From positions 198,152,001 through 198,216,000 of the forward strand of contig OX597815.1 in the NCBI GenBank assembly GCA_951406725.2: DNA of 64,000 bases. Direction: 5' to 3'. Of the stretch, positions 15,201-29,289 are shown piece after piece. Source of the stretch: Octopus vulgaris. Lineage: Eukaryota. The notes below the pieces were generated by a model. That model made no database searches. It was not told the origin of the DNA and was given only the letters and a program-made list of their open reading frames with translations. Position numbers and translations under genes: made by a program. How positions within the stretch are numbered: position 1 is the first letter of the stretch; every line of letters begins with the position of its first letter.

Positions 15201-15639
15201 CTATATGTGTGTATTTGCATATACTTGCTTCTGTAGAGAATCACAGATATTGAAGGAGAGAGACCGAGCCAGCGTCAGATAAAGATTAAGAGGCAGAGGC
15301 GCTGTTGTGTGCAGAAACGAGAAAGATGAAGAACGGAAGAAGGAAAGCAGCGATACATTTAGAGTGAATGAACTCGTGGTTGGCAGGAAAGGGAGTTGAA
15401 AAGATCGATGAAAAGATGTAATAAAGAGCGAGTGAATATAAACTGTAAAACAAAACTAAAATCAACAACATGATGAATGTATAAACAAAACATGGAAACT
15501 ATTTATAAGGAAACACTGGGAAATATAGTATTACATAAAGAAAGAAGAGAACGAAAGAATATAGAAGGAAATTAGCAATTGAATGATTGGCACATAGTTT
15601 CTCTATAAATATCATTTGCTTGTTGTTTTTGTTGGCATT

Positions 15640-15777
15640 TGGGTAAAGCGTAAGTGAAGGAGAGGGAGAGAGAGAAAGTGTATTTTGGGTAAAGCGTAAG
15701 TGAAGGAGAGGGAGAGAGAGAAAGTGTTTTGTGGGTAAAGCGTAAGTGAAGGAGAGGGAGAGAGAGAAAAAGTGTAT
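15640..15777. repeat. Minisatellite, three ~46 bp units
   Basis: tgggtaaagcgtaagtgaaggagagggagagagagaaagtgt occurs three times. Confidence 0.92.
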
Positions 15778-16062
15778 GAAAGATCGAAAGAAAATGTAAG
15801 CGGAGGAGGGGATATCAGTGTTATGAAACCCAGTGTTCGACATGTAAGACGAGTGAAACGAAATAGAAAAAAAAAAGAGAAAGAACTGCCACGTTTTTCA
15901 GTAACATGTATGGATTGGATGGATATTAAAACGTACACAAATGGATACTGTAGAGGCCAGGGAAAGAGATTAGTAGCATCACGATTCCAACATACTCTAC
16001 AATATATCTATGGGAACAAACACATACACACACATGTATATGTATATGCATACATTTCATTG

Positions 16063-16110
<48 letters not shown>

Positions 16111-16129
16111 TAATTTATTATATAGAAGG

Positions 16130-16180
16130 AGCTTCTACAGGACTAGTACTGTTTCATTCAAGAGAAATCTTCAGGAAGCT
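16130..16180 (-). ncRNA. Minimal type I hammerhead ribozyme in a Penelope-like terminal repeat
   Basis: agcuuc-CUGAAGA-uuucucuugaau-GAAA-cag-uacuaguc-cug-UA-gaagcu: 6 bp stem I, intact core, stem III with a palindromic loop, GUA cleavage triplet. Confidence 0.75.
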
Positions 16181-16489
16181 ATTTAACAAGAATTGTATTA
16201 GCATTTATACATTTAGGCAGGTTTAAAGGAGTGGTGGTGGGGGACTTTTTTGGGGGTAGGCATAGCGCAAAATATCATACTTGGGGGAGTGGTCAAGGAG
16301 TCAGTGGTAAGTTAGATGAAAGAATAGATAAATAAAAAAATAAAAAAATAAAAAATTAAAAAATAAAATAAAAAAAATAAAAATATAAAAAATATATATA
16401 AAAAATATATATATAATATATATATATAAAAATATATATATATATAAAAAAGGGGGATAGAGTTATAGGTAAATAAGGAGATTATCACT

Positions 16490-16548
16490 TATACCTATAC
16501 ACACATGTATACGTATCTACACACACATACATACATACACATATATCT

Positions 16549-16631
<83 letters not shown>

Positions 16632-17511
16632 CATATGTACACACATACATACATATCTACATACACACATACATACACCCGCCCACATATACAAATTTAT
16701 ACACATGCACATGCCTATACCTGTCTACACATACACACACGTATATATGCATACACTCACTCCCATGCATGCACGCATACACACATGTATATATATATAT
16801 ATATATACCCACGACCACACATACATATATACACATAAAAAAATATATATTCATACGCACATACACTCATGCACACACAACACACCTAGTTCCCTATATA
16901 CACATATTTACACCTATATATACATACACCCACATACACCTATGTACACATATATATATATAAACATATACACGCATACATATATATACATGTGTGCACA
17001 TACATACATACACACATATATACATACACATACACATACACATGTGTACCTATACATACCTACACATACACACATACATACATACAAATATACATATACA
17101 TATATATATATACAATCCAATACAGGCCCATTCCCTAATTTTAATTTTATTATCTTCATTTATTACTTTTGTTATCTTTGATCGCTAGGGCTAAGAATCC
17201 TGGCAATGGCTGCATGTCCATTTGTCTGTCTACTGGAAGGCAAGTACTCATTCCCGCACGCACACTCATTAGCACGTACATTCACCCATTCGTACACTCA
17301 TACACATACACGTACGCACGCGTTATATTCATACATACAAACATCTACATACGTTCACGTATATACACATACGTACTCGTACCTACAGATTCGTGTCTAC
17401 ACTTTAGGAGGCTAGTCTATACATATACACCAATAAATATACATATATATATATATATACCCGCATATACATACACACACACACATATATACTCCTACAT
17501 ACAGATACATA

Positions 17512-17563
<52 letters not shown>

Positions 17564-17886
17564 CATACACATACACACATACACATATATATACACACAC
17601 ATACATACACATATATATACATACACAAACATATATACACACATATATATATACATACACACATACACACATACATACGTATACATACATACATACATCC
17701 ATACATCCATACTTACATGCATTTATACGCATACACACACCCATCTATACATATGTATATATATATATATATATATATACACACTCACACATACATATAC
17801 AAATCTACGCACACACATACATACATACACGTATACGCATACACGCACATACACATATACATGCGTACCCATACACGTGCACACAC

Positions 17887-17938
<52 letters not shown>

Positions 17939-17967
17939 TCCTACAGATATACACACATATATGTATG

Positions 17968-18007
<40 letters not shown>

Positions 18008-18169
18008 TGCATATATATATATTTATATATATATATACATATGTATATATATATATACATATATGTATATAAATATATATACATATATATATGTATATAT
18101 ATATATGTATATATGTAGATATATATATATTTATATATATATGTATATATATATTTATATGTATATGTG

Positions 18170-18200
<31 letters not shown>

Positions 18201-18225
18201 GTATATATGTATATATATATATGTA

Positions 18226-18295
<70 letters not shown>
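16490..18295. repeat. Long degenerate (CA)/(TA) low-complexity region
   Basis: Directly visible. Confidence 0.9.
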
Positions 18296-18297
<2 letters not shown>

Positions 18298-18612
18298 GCA
18301 TTCTTACACATAAATCGTTAAAGGGTGGTGGTTTATGGACGTAGCATAGAGCGAAAATACATCCACACTGACATTTCCCATGCATAACTTCATTATTGCC
18401 AAAAGGCAAGCGGATTGCTAGTTTGCGTGGTGTACGCTACATTATTTAACTATCGCGCTGTAGTGGGATCAATCAGTTAAAATAATCTCTTATACTCTTC
18501 CTCCAAATTTGTAGTATTCTATTTTCTGCCACCCCTTTATCTTCAATTATCTTTAATTTTTTTTTGGTTTTTGTTTTTTTTTCCTTTTCCGTAATGATAC
18601 CGCAGATATACA

Positions 18613-18777
18613 TAGGAGCAGCAGTGGCTGTGTGGTAAGTAGCTTGCTAACCAGCCACATGGTTCCCGGTTCAGTCCCACTGCGTGGCATCTTGGGCAAG
18701 TGTCTTCTGCTATAGCCCTCGGGCCGACCAAAACCTTTCGAGTGGATTTGGAAGACGGAAACTAGAAGAAACCTGTC

Positions 18778-18827
<50 letters not shown>

Positions 18828-18937
18828 GTGTGTGTGTGTATATGCTTGTGTGTCCCTCTAGCATTGCTTGATAACCGATGCTGGTGTGTTTACGTCCCCG
18901 ACGCTTAGCGGTTCGGCAAAAGAGAGTAAAGAGAGTA
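18613..18937 (+). mobile_element. SINE family A copy (internally deleted 3' part)
   Basis: gtggctgtgtggtaagtagcttgct...ggttcagtcccactgcgtggc head, internal TA/TG repeat. Confidence 0.88.
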
Positions 18938-19229
18938 TATAAGTTTATTTGGTTGTGTGTGTGTATGGTCAGATACGAATATGTATTTATGCTTGCAAAC
19001 ATACAAATACACCCACACGTGCACACACTCGCTAACAACTTTCAGACATTCGCACACAAACTCACACATATATAAACACATGTATGTATATACATACACA
19101 TGCATGAATATATATATACAAATAGAGGTTCGTTTACATATACACATCGAAAGGTAAGTTGTATTTTAGGGTGTTCTTTACACTAATAATACACCCAGAG
19201 GTGCAATTTTGCTTCTTTCGTATATTAAT

Positions 19230-19428
19230 CATTTATACTATATGGATAAGGCCTGAAATTTTGAGGGTGGGTGCTAGTCGATTACATAGACCCCAGTCTC
19301 TTAATGGTACTTATTGCATGGGCCCTGAAAATCGACTGCGGTAGAATTTGAACTGAGAAGGTTCTGACTGACGAAATGCGGCTAAGTATCTCGCTAGGCG
19401 TGCTACCCGTTGTGGTAGCTCGACGCCT
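19230..19428 (-). mobile_element. SINE family B copy, diverged
   Basis: Reverse complement matches gagctggcagaa..cgttagcacgcc...gagttcaaattc of 45113. Confidence 0.7.
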
Positions 19429-20206
19429 TTTTCCATATATTGATTAATAAAAACAATTAACAATTAAATATTGGATAACTTTGTTAATGGTTCGGTCAAT
19501 CACTCAGACATCCAGGTTCACGGTAATCCTTCGTCGCCAATGGTTAATTAAAGATTGGCATGCTCTGACCAGTCCAGTTGTATGCGCCTTTGTGTTTACA
19601 GATTTTTGCAAATGAAAATTTGTGTCTTTGAGAGAGAGAGAGGGGTGTAAGAGAGAGGGGAAGAACGAGAGAGTGGGAAAGAGCAAGAGTGCAGGAAGAG
19701 CGAGAGAGAGAGCATAATGATGAGTGAAAGAGACAGATGGTGATTAAGAGAGGGAGAGAGACGGTGAATGAGAGAGTGCGTGATACCAACAGTTAGACAG
19801 AGAAATTCGTGTGCACCTAACACAGTGCAAATCCTGTGTAGTCTTTAAATGCGCGTAAGAGAACCTTTTACAAACTGTGCCAATGGCATGCAATTTGCGG
19901 AAGGTCTAATTACTGAAACGTCTATATTTCTTTCTGGGTCAGTGTTTTTTGTCTTTGCAAGGAGACCCCGTGAGGGTGCGCGTATAGATATTCAATTCCA
20001 GTCAAATTACTTGCTTCTTTTTAGTAATGTTAGATCATATTACAATTCAATGACAATCTTTTCCTTTTATTGTTATACGTAAAGAGAAGAACTGAACTGA
20101 CATCATATCGCTAAAGTTTTAGTTTAAATATCTAAATGTGTCAGAGGTTTTAAATATATTGAATATGAGAAATGAAATACAGTTAAAATATGCTGCAAGA
20201 ATTATA

Positions 20207-20655
20207 GACGCAATCGTGGCTGGGTATTAAGAAGCTTGCTTACCAGCCCCATCGTTTCAGATTCTCTCCCTCTGTGTGACACCTTCTAGTAAAGTTAATG
20301 TCTTCTACTATAATCTCGTGCCTACAGAAGGTCTTGTAAGCAAATTTGGTAGACAGAAACAGAAGGGAGCCATACATGTATATGTGTACACATACATACA
20401 CACACACACATATTTGTGTATATGGGGTGCCTGTGTCTGTGTGCCCCCCCCCCCCCCCACTATATTTTGAAAACCGGTGTTGAAAACCGGTGTTTGTGTT
20501 TTACGTCCTCGTAATTTAGCGGTTCGGCACACAAAACAATGAAATAAGTATTAAGGAAGGAAATAATGTGCTGCGGTTGATTCGATCAACGGATATATTC
20601 TTCATGGTGGTGCCCCAGCATGGTCGCAGTCAAATAACTGAAACACGTAACAGAT
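20207..20655 (+). mobile_element. SINE family A copy, diverged
   Basis: tttggtagacagaaacagaagggagcc, ttagcggttcggc and ggtggtgccccagcatggtcgcagtcaaataactgaaac. Confidence 0.8.
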
Positions 20656-21047
20656 AAGATATATGGTATTACATTTTCCAATATGTTACATATGCATTGT
20701 ATAGCATATGGCCTACATCGTATCTAGCGATTTCATATGATATTGTTGAATGCAAAGATACATTATAAGATATATTATAAGATATATACAACCTCAAAGG
20801 CTTTAAATTTGCCACATGTTCTCTACAGTAAAGTGAATATAATCCCTTGCTGGAAGTCGTTCTTAACATGTTTTCCCTTTAATCCTTTGAAGCCCTTGCG
20901 TGGTACAAATTGTTAACATTCTGCAATGCTTAGCATGTTTTGGTTTCATCCACTTATTACCTTACATTTCATACTTTTCAATTCAGGCTACGATCAGTTT
21001 CACTATCTTTATATTGCAGCACAATTTTTGATATGCTGCTTACCGTG

Positions 21048-21093
<46 letters not shown>

Positions 21094-21462
21094 ATTATTA
21101 TTCTCTCACCTTATTTGTTATTATTCTCTGAAAGACGGATATTGTTTTGCGTATGTTGGTTTGATGCTTTCATCGGGAGTGAGTAGTAAGTAGTTTTAAT
21201 TTACGACTATTTACTTCCGAGTTCAGTATCACTGCGCTGCACATAGGTTTCTCTATTTTCTGAAAAAACAGTAAAAATACAATGGAATTAACTGCCTAAG
21301 AGTTAATGTTGCGTAGTCTTAAAGGAATAACGTAAAAACAAAAATGTTTCCGTAACGTTTCGCTTCATTTTAATTGATCCATTGATAACATTACTAATTA
21401 CAATGTAACAAATTATAGCATCGTGGAGATTAAGTACCAAATAATATAGATGAATTGAGATA

Positions 21463-21860
21463 GAGTGGATGTGTGTTAAGTACCTTACAAAGCAAACACA
21501 TGGTTCGGAGATCAGTCTCACTGCGTGGCACCTTGGACAAATGTCTTCTACTGTAGACTCGGGCCGACCAAAGCCTTGTGAGTGGATTTGGTAGACGGAA
21601 ACTAAAAGAAGTCCGTCGTATATATGTATATATATGTATGTGAGTGTATATGTTTGTGTGTCTGTGTTTGTACCCCTTCATCGCTTGACAACCGATGCTG
21701 GTGTGTTTACGTCCCCGTAACTTAGCGACTCAGCTTAAGACCGATAGAATAAGTACTAGGCTTACAAAGAATAAATCCTGGGGTCGATTTGCTCGACTAA
21801 AGGCGCTGCTCCAGCATGGCTACAGTCAAATGACTGAAACAAGTAAAAGAGTAAAGAGTA
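21463..21860 (+). mobile_element. SINE family A copy
   Basis: Head, body and aagtaaaagagtaaagagta tail all present. Confidence 0.88.
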
Positions 21861-22129
21861 TAGGTGCAGTTTTTCTAAGCATTTATTTATGAAGGACAAT
21901 AAAATGTCGCATCAATATTATCATTGGGCAATAGTGCAAACGGTGAGCTGTGAATCTTAATATATTTTATGTTATGCATACACACGCTTTAGATGTATGT
22001 TTGTGTGTGTGTGTGTGTGTGCATCATACATGATGGCTGCAAATGCCTGTTCGAGTATTGCAACCGCCTGATCCAAAATCCCACATAAGCGGAGGCTTCG
22101 ACAGACGATTTTGTGATATTTGAATGTAT

Positions 22130-22325
22130 TTGTGTCTGAGTTTGTACGCCCACCATTGCTTGATAACCGATATTGGTGTGTTTACGTCCTCATAAGCGAG
22201 CGGTTCGATAGCAAGCCACCGATAGAAGTACTAGGCTTACAAAGAATAAGTCCTAGGGTCGACTTTTTCTTTGGTGTTCCAGCATGGCCGAAGTCAAATG
22301 ACTGAAACAAGTAAAAAGAATAAAT
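22130..22325 (+). mobile_element. SINE family A 3' half
   Basis: cttgataaccgatattggtgtgtttacgtcc...cagcatggccgaagtcaaatgactgaaacaag. Confidence 0.8.
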
Positions 22326-22569
22326 GAATAATACTTATATGCGTACATATCTCGGAGAAATACAAGGATGGAGGATAGAAAGAAATAGAGACAGTGAGAG
22401 AGCGAGATATATTTTGATGTATAGAGACGAAGAGATAACAACTATTTCAGAGTGTGATAACAAAACTTACGCTTATGTTTGAAGCGCCAGTATCGTGTGA
22501 ATTCATATATGTTTGTGTGTGTTATGTGTGTGTGTATATACATATATATGTATATATGTATATATTATA

Positions 22570-22621
<52 letters not shown>

Positions 22622-22680
22622 AAATATAGACGCGTGCGTATGTATTATGTATGAATATGTGTGTGTACATACATATATAC

Positions 22681-22730
<50 letters not shown>

Positions 22731-22777
22731 ATATATATGTATATATGTATGTGTGTGTATATATGTATATATGTATG

Positions 22778-22846
<69 letters not shown>

Positions 22847-23392
22847 AAATGTATGTATTATGTATGAATGTCTGTGTGTTGAGAACCTATCTTTGTAAGC
22901 AGTGCATTATCAGATTAAGAAGAAAGAATTAATGAAGAGAAGAGAAATGCTTCGATTTCATAATTCTGATGTGGATGAATCTATACGGTACAATCATGCA
23001 TGAGTCTATAAAACGAACAACTCTGATTATTATATTAGGCATCTGTTGATGGAAAACATTCAGTGCTTCTTTTTCCCAGGACACTTCGTAATATAATTGA
23101 TGTCAGAAATGAAACAAGATGACAATACCTACTGAAACTCTGCTTGTGGTTCAAAGGTGATAATAAGAATGATCTTTTTACGTGATCTGTATATATAAGT
23201 CGATATAACACTTTTAGTACCAAACATGAATTTGTAAATATAGAGCAACCGCTACTAAATTATTTATTTATATCATATCGAATGTCTGTAATATTTTGGA
23301 GCAGACATAAGTGCAAATGAAAATGTTTTTCAGAAGAGATGATTACAAATACACACATAGATACACACACATGCGCACACACACACATATAT

Positions 23393-23933
23393 AGATTTCT
23401 TTATTGGCCACGCAGGGCTGAACACAGAAGGGACGAAATACAAAGTCGAAGTTTTCTTTTTGGGAAGAAGGAAAAAAAAGAAGGGGTGGGCGAATTCCGA
23501 TCAAAAGGGATCGCAAAAAAAATAGGGCCGATCAATAGGGATTATGTATCACAAACATGTCAATGTAAAAAGGAAAACAGATTAGGTTTGTCCGTGGATA
23601 GAAAAGCCTACGGAAAAGACCACGGGAACCTTGGGAAATAGTGTCATGCAAAAATAAAACATATTACAGTAAGTGGATCTCCTTTTTTCCTTTTTTCTTT
23701 TTGGTTCATAGGATTATGCTCAAGTTGGCTCCGTCATTCACACGTGTCATCCTTGCTACATTCACCCATCTCTTTTTGAAGCATTCACTAGACAAAGCTT
23801 CCCTCTCTACTCTCACATTCCTCTTCAAGTGATACTTGAAAGAGTTGATGAGAGATTGACCAGAGAGGAAAGTGTTTGTCTCTAGACCTTTCAGACGCGT
23901 CCACTATGCACATTCTTTCACCATAACCACAAG
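23393..23933 (-). mobile_element. Tx1/L1-group LINE 3' fragment (ORF2 C-terminus and 3' UTR)
   Basis: Minus strand LVVMVKECA*WTRLKGLET...FKYHLKRNVRVEREALSSECFKKRWVNV resembles the Tx1 ORF2 end; terminal AATAAAGAAAT. Confidence 0.65.
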
Positions 23934-23934
23934 T

Positions 23935-23938
23935 TAGA

Positions 23939-23973
<35 letters not shown>

Positions 23974-23974
23974 G

Positions 23975-24051
<77 letters not shown>

Positions 24052-24052
24052 G
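23935..24052. repeat. (GATA)n microsatellite
   Basis: Directly visible. Confidence 0.95.
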
Positions 24053-24461
24053 AAACAATAAATAATATCATGACATGAACTTCATTAGCTTACAGTTGTT
24101 TTTGGTGTACGAGGCAAATCACTCACGGTTGAGTGCTTGTGTGTATGTATAAATGTAAAAGCTTTCCCTAAATATAGTTGCTGTTCATTTTTCATCTCCT
24201 CTGGAGCTCTGAGGCGATAGAAAACATTCAAATATGAGTGCATTGCATCTCATAGAAGAAAAGAAAACCCGAAAACTACTGAAGCTTCTGTCATTTCAAT
24301 TTCTTATTAATACTCTGTACTTGACTGACGTTTTGTTCTTATGCATATGTATACTAAATTAAAATATTTGGTTGTTACTGATGATGATGATGATGATGAT
24401 GATTATGATGATGATGATGATGATGATGACAATGACGGCGGGGGACAAACACAGGCACAAA

Positions 24462-24518
<57 letters not shown>

Positions 24519-24559
24519 TATGGCTCTATAGGAGCCTCGTTCGATTCATTCAATTTAAT

Positions 24560-24617
<58 letters not shown>

Positions 24618-24809
24618 AAAGAGAAACTACCGAGGAGAAAAACTCCTCAGTTCCAGAAATACCGTGACAAACGAGAGGTAATGGAACTGAATGTTGTGAA
24701 TTTTATATGGGCCAAGGTACAAAATAGTAGCAGACCGCTTTGAATGATCTCGAAGTGTGGAACTTTTATGTTCGCGCTAAAAACACTTAGTATAATAAAA
24801 TTGTATGAA

Positions 24810-25025
24810 TATTCTTTTCTACTCTAGGTATAATGACGGAAATCCCTTGGGAGGGCACCGTCGATTACATCGAAAACAGTATGCGACTGGTACTTAACTT
24901 ATCAACCCCGAAAGGAAGAAAGCAAAGCCCACCTCGGCGAAATTTGAACTCAAAACGTAAAAACAGACGAAATGCCGCTAAGCATTTCGCCCGGCGTGCT
25001 AACGTTTCTGCCAGCTCACCGCCTT
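24810..25025 (-). mobile_element. SINE family B copy
   Basis: aatttgaactcaaaacg...aaatgccgctaagcatttcgcccggcgtgctaacgtttctgccagctcaccgcc. Confidence 0.85.
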
Positions 25026-25089
25026 ATATTGTATAAATATTGTTTTTATTAGACAGTCAATGATATATTTATAGATATTAAGGTGTTAT

Positions 25090-25521
25090 GTTTTACTTGT
25101 CTCAGCCATCAGACTGTGGCCATGCTGGGGCACTGACTAGATTGAATCAAGCCCATTACTTATAATTTTTTCTTTCCAATTTGGTAGTTATTCCATAATC
25201 TATTCTGTCGAACTGCTAGGTTACGGATACGTGAACACTCCAACATCGGTTGCCAAGCGGTGATGAGAGACAAATAGAGACACACACACATAGACACACA
25301 GGCACACGCAATCATACATCTACACGCACACACACAAACACAAACACACATATATTATAGATGAGTTTCTTTCAGGTTCAGCCAACTGAAGCCACAGAGA
25401 AGACAGTGGGGTTCTCGAGGCTACAGTAGAAGATACTTGCCCAGAGTTCCATGTAGTGGGACTGAACCTGGAATCATGATGTTGTAAAGCAAGCTTCTCA
25501 CTACATAACCGCGCCTGCGTC
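25090..25521 (-). mobile_element. SINE family A-related copy, diverged
   Basis: actgtggccatgctggggcac tail; gtagtgggactgaacctgga...aagcaagcttct head. Confidence 0.75.
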
Positions 25522-27084
25522 TATATAGTTGAACAATCATCTCATATTCTTCATTGTTTGTGTGTCGAATAAATATTAAGAAAGTGAACTATACGTAATT
25601 TTGTGCTTTATAACATTATATTTAAGAGGAAATCTAGGTCACTTACAAAGATTTACACCACTGAAGTTAGATTCGGTGGCTATAAGACATTACGAAATAC
25701 ATAAATGTTTTTTCTAACGTGTTCTCTTTTGTCTTGTGTACGAGGAGTGCTGCCAATTTCCTGTCTTTGGGTAAATGAAAATAGAGGAGGACCGGTAAAT
25801 TTTGGTTTTATTCAATATATTCACATTTCAGATTCATTGCAGCGGTTCTTCAGCTTTTCTAGACACTGTGAAACAACTCAAAATGTTGGACCTCCAGCCA
25901 GGGCTTTCGCGATACCCTTAAATATATAAACATTTCAGGACCTCCATATAGACAGTCAATAACTGTATATAAGATGTTTATATAACGTATTACGGAGGAA
26001 GAGTTTCAATAAAGCATCCACAGAGGTGAATATTCGCTTGAACGCTTTTGTGTGATAGCTAATTTAGCAGCACGACCGATTGTACTAGATGAAATTGCAT
26101 CACATTAATGCAATGTATTAGATTAAATATCGTTTACAAATATCTACGAGTTTGATGCACCATTGTAACATGCATTCACTTGTGCATCTTAAAATAATAA
26201 TATAAAAAATAGGATTCTTGCTGTCTGCTATATAACTAGTAATTTATTGTAATCTTAAATTCGAAACGAGCAAGAAAGCTCAAACAGATGTACACATGCA
26301 TGGAAATACACAGGCTACAAGAAGGCACACGCACGCAAGGGAAGGGCATCCCCCCTTGCGTCCATACATAACTGCATACATATATGTGTGTATATGTATA
26401 ATTATATGCATATATATATATATATAATTATATGTATATATATATACACACACACATATATGTATATCTATCTATCTATCTATCTATCTATCTGTATATA
26501 TATATATATATATATACATAATCTATATTTTTATTTATATATAGATCATATGCATTTATGTGTGTGCATGTGTATCTGTTTATGTATGTGTGTATTTATG
26601 TGTTTGAGCATGTGTGTGTGTATGCGTGTGTATGTGTATGCGTAATTTTCTCCTCTATAGAAGAATACGTTACTTCAAGGTAGAAGGATCACATCTCACA
26701 ACAAGAAAAAAAAAACTGCGTCAGAAGCAATAAATTTCTAGGAAACAGACAGATGGAAGTAACTCACGCTCATTTATTTATTACAGTTGCATCGATTATT
26801 GCTATTTCCGGTGGTAGGAGTAAGACAGCTTAATTTTACTACAATGCATAGAACAAGTTTTGTTTTATCGTAGTACAAACATGCTTATACTGTTATGACA
26901 TTCATAGCATATTAGTCATCCGCTGAATTGATTTGGGATACTAAAGAAGATATTTACGTATCTTTCAATGCAAGCCATATAGCTACAATTGGTTCCTTGT
27001 GGATCCAGGAAAAGTTCCTGGAAAAACAATCGCTATATATTTATATCTGCCTACGCATGCTCGCAAAATGTCCAGTAGGCGATA

Positions 27085-27094
27085 TTCTTCTTCA

Positions 27095-27126
<32 letters not shown>

Positions 27127-27291
27127 TTCTTCTTCTTCTTCTTCTTCTTCTTCTTCTTCTTCTTCTTCTTCTTCTTCTTCTTCTTCTTCTTCTTCTTCTA
27201 TTTCTCCACTCCTTCTTTTTCTTCTTTTTCTTCTTCTTCTTCTTCTCTTATTATTATTATCATCGTCATCATCATCGTCATCATCATCAGC

Positions 27292-27374
<83 letters not shown>

Positions 27375-27427
27375 TATCATCATCATCAACATTATCATCG
27401 TCATCGTCGTCTCCACCATCATCATCA
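27085..27427. repeat. (TTC)n/(ATC)n trinucleotide microsatellites
   Basis: Directly visible. Confidence 0.95.
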
Positions 27428-28190
27428 TTCCTTTCAGTTTTGTTTTCCCGTCGCTTCGGGCAAAGAAACCTATTGTACACATTGATATGCCATTAAAATA
27501 AACAAACCAGTTTTGTCCATATTTTACAAGAGCTTGCTCTCTGTCTCTCTTGAGATGACGTACCTAATACATAGTAATATATTACTTCTTTACACTCTTC
27601 CCGAACCCATTCCATCCTTCTCGCACTATTCTAATTCTGCTACGTGCGGTAATGAAATTGGAGGGCTCGATGCCAGGTAGTTCCATTTTCAAGTGGTCAT
27701 CTAGCTTCGTATTCGTAGGAGTGTTTGCGCCAGTTGATGACTTTCAAACCACAGATCGTATCCCCACTGAGGGTCGCACTTCCAGACTTAGCATAGGACA
27801 GGCGATTTGTGTTTTTTTTTAAAGTTCTTTTATTTTCTTATTGAAGGAAGATACTGGAAGAACCCTCTTCACATACCTTGGTGGTACAGCAATTCAGGAA
27901 ATTTTGTGCGGAGTTAAACGTAAGAGGGCTACGCGAAGGCGGACGAAGGCGGACAAAGGCGGGCGAAGGCGGGCGAAGGCAGGCGAAGACGGACGTCGAG
28001 GCGGGCGAAGGCGAGATTCTATCAATAATATATTTTTAAAAATTTCAATGAGAATGTCTTTAGTTACATCCTTTTTGGGTTGTATTTTCGAAACTTGATC
28101 GTAGTAAAATCCGCCTGTTGTGTTTATTGCATTTTTGTATTTTGACATTGTCCTCCATCTCTTCGGCGCTTGTGGACAATAAAAGAAATT

Positions 28191-28224
<34 letters not shown>

Positions 28225-28225
<1 letters not shown>

Positions 28226-28928
28226 TTACTGTCTTTGCGCAGCTTTTAACGCTGAAGATATACTACAGTGCCAGCTATTCACTACCAGTAAACTAACGTA
28301 ACACCCACTCCTTTCCGAGCATCATCCGGAGTGTTCGAGCAGTTCCAAACTTTATGTTTATCTCTTTAGTAAATCCATGAGGCTGTCTGTAGTAATGTTC
28401 CCATCAGTTTATCATTTGCAGCTTACAGCTTTAGATCATCAATATATCGGAGGTGGCTGATTGTTTTGCTGTAGCAGTTGTATCCACATCCAATTCAGTT
28501 TAGCAGGCAGAAACGGAGTGGAGAGAGCGTGTCTCTCTGGAATATTCCTCTTCTAATGGGGATAGATTTGGTTTTTATGAGTCCCTCTTTCCACTGGAGC
28601 TGCAGCACTGTCTGCCATTTATTCATGGAATGTTTTATATATTTTGTGATTATTGTTGCTACCTTGTTCACAGTTAGTGTTTCCTGGATCCAAGCATGGG
28701 GAATACTATCAAAAGCCTTTCGTTAATCGATCCAGGCCATACGCAGAGCCTTCTTTTTGCGGCTGTCTTCAGTTATGGCTTTATTGATCAATAGCTGACT
28801 TTTACAGCCCTATGTGCCCTTGAAGTATCCCTTCTGCTCTTCTGGAAACAGGGTGTTTCCTTTTAGATGCTTGCCCATTTTCTATAAATTGTAGGGAGAC
28901 AGGTTATCGGTTTGTAATTTTGTGGGTT
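28225..28928 (-). mobile_element. Degraded R4/Dong-clade LINE, RT domain fragment
   Basis: Minus strand remnants NYKPITCLPTIY, PEEQKG, QLLINKAI, MAWID*RKAFDSIPHAWI, RRGIFQRDTLSP and HLRYIDDLKL. Confidence 0.85.
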
Positions 28929-29289
28929 TACCGTTTCAGTGGATTTGAGAATTGGGATAGTATAGTGAATATGGGAATATTAGATTTATTATTATTATAA
29001 TTATTATTATTATCATTAATATTATTATTACTATTATTATTGTTATTATTATTATTATTATTGTTATTATTATTATTATTATTGTTGTTGTTGTTGTTGT
29101 TGTTGTTGTTATTATTATTATTATTATTATTGTTGTCATTGTTGTTGTTGTCATCATTATTATTATTATCATCATCATTATTATTGTTGTTGTTGTGGTT
29201 ATTAATATCATTACGCAATAAAATTGAGCGCGATGCGATTCTCAATAGGCCGTTAATTTAACGGTTCCAAAGATATTTCAATGGACCGT

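Noticed and set aside
15640-15777. CRISPR-like repeat
   Set aside because: No unique spacers, eukaryotic context and no cas genes; it is a simple minisatellite.
17169-18296. 375 aa ORF and the many other YI/CV/HT/poly-N ORFs
   Set aside because: These are translations of stop-free microsatellites with no protein-like composition.
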